Positions 33,637 through 36,528 of a stretch of 36,528 bases of DNA are shown piece by piece. The translations under genes and the position numbers were made by a program. The notes beneath the pieces were generated by a model, which saw only the letters and a program-made list of their open reading frames with translations, was not told the DNA's origin and ran no database searches. This DNA comes from Macrostomum lignano (Eukaryota), in the NCBI GenBank assembly GCA_002269645.1, contig NIVC01004736.1, positions 1 through 36,528 on the forward strand, given 5' to 3'. Each line of letters begins with the position of its first letter. Position 1 is the first letter of the stretch.

Positions 33637-34997
33637 GCTTCTTCAGCTGCTTTGAATTGCTTCCAAATTCCGTCTCCGATCTCACCCAGTGAGCGTGCAG
33701 CTATATATTTATATATGCAGATGAGGCCGCAATGGGAGAGGGGAGCGCAGGCCGCAGCCACCCCAGCTCCACTTTCCAACCAATTAAAGTTTCACCGAGC
33801 CAACAACACGGGGCAGAGGGCGGCGCAGCCACCCTGCCCAGCCCGGGCGATCCGACAGGCCGCAAAGCAAACATGGGATAACAATGGATGGGAGAATGGG
33901 GAGTCCGGCTTGCGGATTAAGATAAGAAGAGCCATAATCCAAAAAAGCTGCAGGATAATGGGGGGCATGTGCTTTTTTCGCTAGCGCACGCACCAGCTGG
34001 ATCCGGGGATGCGGGAACCCAGCCCCCCCCCCAGCCACGCGTCAGCACAACAATGGGAGCGTTCACTCCAATCTCCAGGCCGAGCGGGAGAAGCCTGGGA
34101 TTTTTATTTATTCAAAGCGAGAGGGAAGAAAAAAGCTGGGGGAGGTTTGAAAGAAGCAGCGATCTTCTTGTTTCTGCCAGATGGCTTCGAGTAATCGAGA
34201 AGAATTGTTTGGGAGAATTGGCCAGCTGGGACTGGGAGCGAAGTCTTCCCACAGCCTCGCCGCTCTGGCAGCACAAAGACCGGACTTGGCTCTGGCTGAC
34301 TCGCGGTATAAATATATTATATTGCAGTCACTCAAGGGGGAGCGGTAGGTCACACGCGCGCGCTATGGGAAGGCAGACGGACAAGGGCATGCCAGGCTCC
34401 TCATCTGGCCTATGCTCACTATGCTCAGGAATATCAACACAGACGCACCCAGCAATACCAGCTCAACAATTTCTTCGGAGTCGTTTTAAACCCTGGCTTG
34501 ATGAAGACGGAGCGGGAGACGCTGACAGCAGCGGACACCGCCAGTCTCTTTGTCTGTGAGAGCCCTAAGCATTTCTATACGCAGGCCATGGATGGGTGCT
34601 AGATAAAGACTTTCGAGTCTTTGTCTCAGACAGCTAGAACTCCGAGTCTTCCAGTCTTGGGCCTTGATTCCACACCACACCCAGGCAATTAAACACAGTT
34701 AGGAAAGTCGTTTGAATAGAAAAAACTGCAGGGCCTCCGTCTCCGGGCGTCCGGGACCCCCCTCCCATACACAAGTCTTTGTGCCACGTGGTCTTTGTGT
34801 GCGAAGCATTATTAACTGTCTGTCTTGTCTGCCTGTTCGCGAGGAATTCGAACTCCAAATTTGGGACACAGCACTTGTAGACACTGTGTGAGGCTTTTTT
34901 GAATGCTTGCATTAACACAATTAAAATGACTAGAATACTTTCCACAGCCTCCTACAATGGGTATCTTCTACATTTGGGATGGTAGCAGCGGCCCAGC

Positions 34998-35305
34998 CTG
35001 AGGATCTGAGAGGACAGAGGCCCAGAAACTGAGGATCTAGGAGGGCGGAGGCCCAGAAACTGAGGATGTGGGAGGGCGAGGCCCAGAAACTGAGGATCTG
35101 GGAGGGCGGAGGCCCAGAAACTGAGGATCTGGGAGGCCCAGAAACTGAGGATCTGGAGGGCAGAGGCCCAGCAACTGAGGATTCTGGAGGCAGAGGCCCA
35201 GCAACTGAGGATCTGGGAGGGCAGAGGCCCAGCAACTGAGGATCTGGGAGGGCAGAGGCCCAGAAACTGAGGATCTGGAAGGCAGAGACCCAGAAACTGG
35301 GGATC
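34998..35305. repeat. 31-bp minisatellite GAGGATCTGGGAGGGCAGAGGCCCAG(A/C)AACT (about 10 copies)
   Basis: Tandem array with indel variants. Confidence 0.9.
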
Positions 35306-35953
35306 CGACGGTGGCCCATCCGGAAGATCTGGGACTTTGGCGCTCAATCATAATGAGAAGAGTCAAGTTGGTGCATTATATACCAAATCATTTAAAAAGC
35401 AGAAACTTATACTGAATATAAAGTACATTAATGCAATCAGTTTTAACCATGGCAGTTCTAGCATCTATTGAGTGCAAAATATATTGGCCTACTTATCTTA
35501 ATGAATTTGACCTTGAAATAAACCGCCAAACTCACCGACGGACGAGTTGTCACGTGACTAGTAAGACTGCCACCGCCGCTGCCGCAGACAGGCTGGGGGG
35601 CGCCAGCTTTGAGCCACCGGCAGCTGATGAGCGGGTCGGACTCGGCCAGGCTGACTGACGCCGCCTGCCAGAGGTGAGAAAAAACAATAAAATTCCTGTC
35701 AGCTACTGACAGTACAAATAACCGATTGTGCAGTCAAACACATAGATACAAGGACAACTGACTCAGGACCAGCGATTCGATCATGGACTCCTAATGCGAA
35801 GCATATCTGGATTGGAAATCAGTGCCCAGCCTATATGCCCTCTAACAGTAGAGTTCTAGATAATATTCCTGCCCAGGTGTTCTCTAACATCAAAAGCCCA
35901 ATCCGCTCACCCCAGGCGAATCCTCGCGGTTACAAGCGAGCCAGCCGCAGTCG

Positions 35954-36132
35954 TCAGAAGTGGCCGCCGAGGCCGGCAGGCTCAGGTTGCTGGCAGCTGT
36001 TGGTGGACTCGCCGCTGCCAAACAGCGACATCGGCGGCGAGGGCGGCGCCGGCGGTTGCAGCGACTGAAGGCGGCGCTGCGCCGGCAGAATGTAGATGCT
36101 GGCCGTTGAAGCAAACCGGCGGCGGAGAGAGG
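35954..36132 (-). CDS. Possible terminal exon of a gene continuing beyond the window
   Basis: GC-rich island following the acceptor GTCGTCTTCCAG| (36133). The reading frame cannot be fixed from the window. Confidence 0.25.
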
Positions 36133-36528
36133 CTGGAAGACGACGGTAAACAAAAATATTAAAGCCTTGCATACTACTTACAGCGTCAGGGATATGAGCA
36201 GTAAAATTTTACAAAAAAAAATCAAAAGAGTAAAATTAAAGAAATCCTAAACGGTGAACTCGATCTGGAACTGCGCTCCGAGCCAGATCAGATACCTCAT
36301 GTCACCTGACCCTCCCAGCTATTTGTTTGCTTTAGCCATTAATAGAGCGAGCGGCCAGGGCAGACAGGCGGAGTGAATGTACGCAGCAATGCAAAACTGG
36401 CTGCACCCGCCACTCAAATAGCGCTCGGTCATCTGACCGGCCGGTTCACAGCCAGTTGTAGCAAGAGTGGGTGAGGTTTAGAGAGAATGAAAAGTAGGAG
36501 AAAGCAAGAATCACATGTCTAAGACGCA

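Noticed and set aside
35565-35680. Possible plus-strand exon ending GAG|GTGAGA
   Set aside because: There is a donor-like site only, with no convincing acceptor, partner exon or motif.

Overview
This is eukaryotic (animal) genomic DNA, not prokaryotic: it has GT-AG spliced genes, GC-rich exons and about 20 unrelated mini/microsatellite arrays. The style is reminiscent of the flatworm Macrostomum, which is an inference only. From left to right: a tRNA-derived SINE, a decayed Crypton-type tyrosine-recombinase element with flanking inverted repeats (about 0.05-2.9 kb), non-LTR zinc-knuckle relics, an intronless SLC22/MFS transporter (minus strand), an interstitial telomere-like array, weakly supported plus-strand exons, a minus-strand tandem array of four spliced genes (15981-27860), and an ARHGAP11-like RhoGAP (minus strand). 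The main candidate for an undescribed system is the four-gene array. Each gene encodes two fused SSAT (SAT1/SAT2)-like GNAT domains with complementary motif loss: the N-domain keeps the acetyl-CoA region and catalytic Tyr, while the C-domain keeps two SAT1-like Trp motifs and loses the Tyr. This suggests a single-chain pseudo-dimer. The array also shows an intron present in two paralogs and absent in two, a 647-bp exon tract identical between two copies with divergent first exons, an 11-fold amplified splice donor, RFX X-box motifs at the start codons and acceptor-like sites just before each ATG. Splice models were built by eye, and family calls come from recalled motifs, not database searches.
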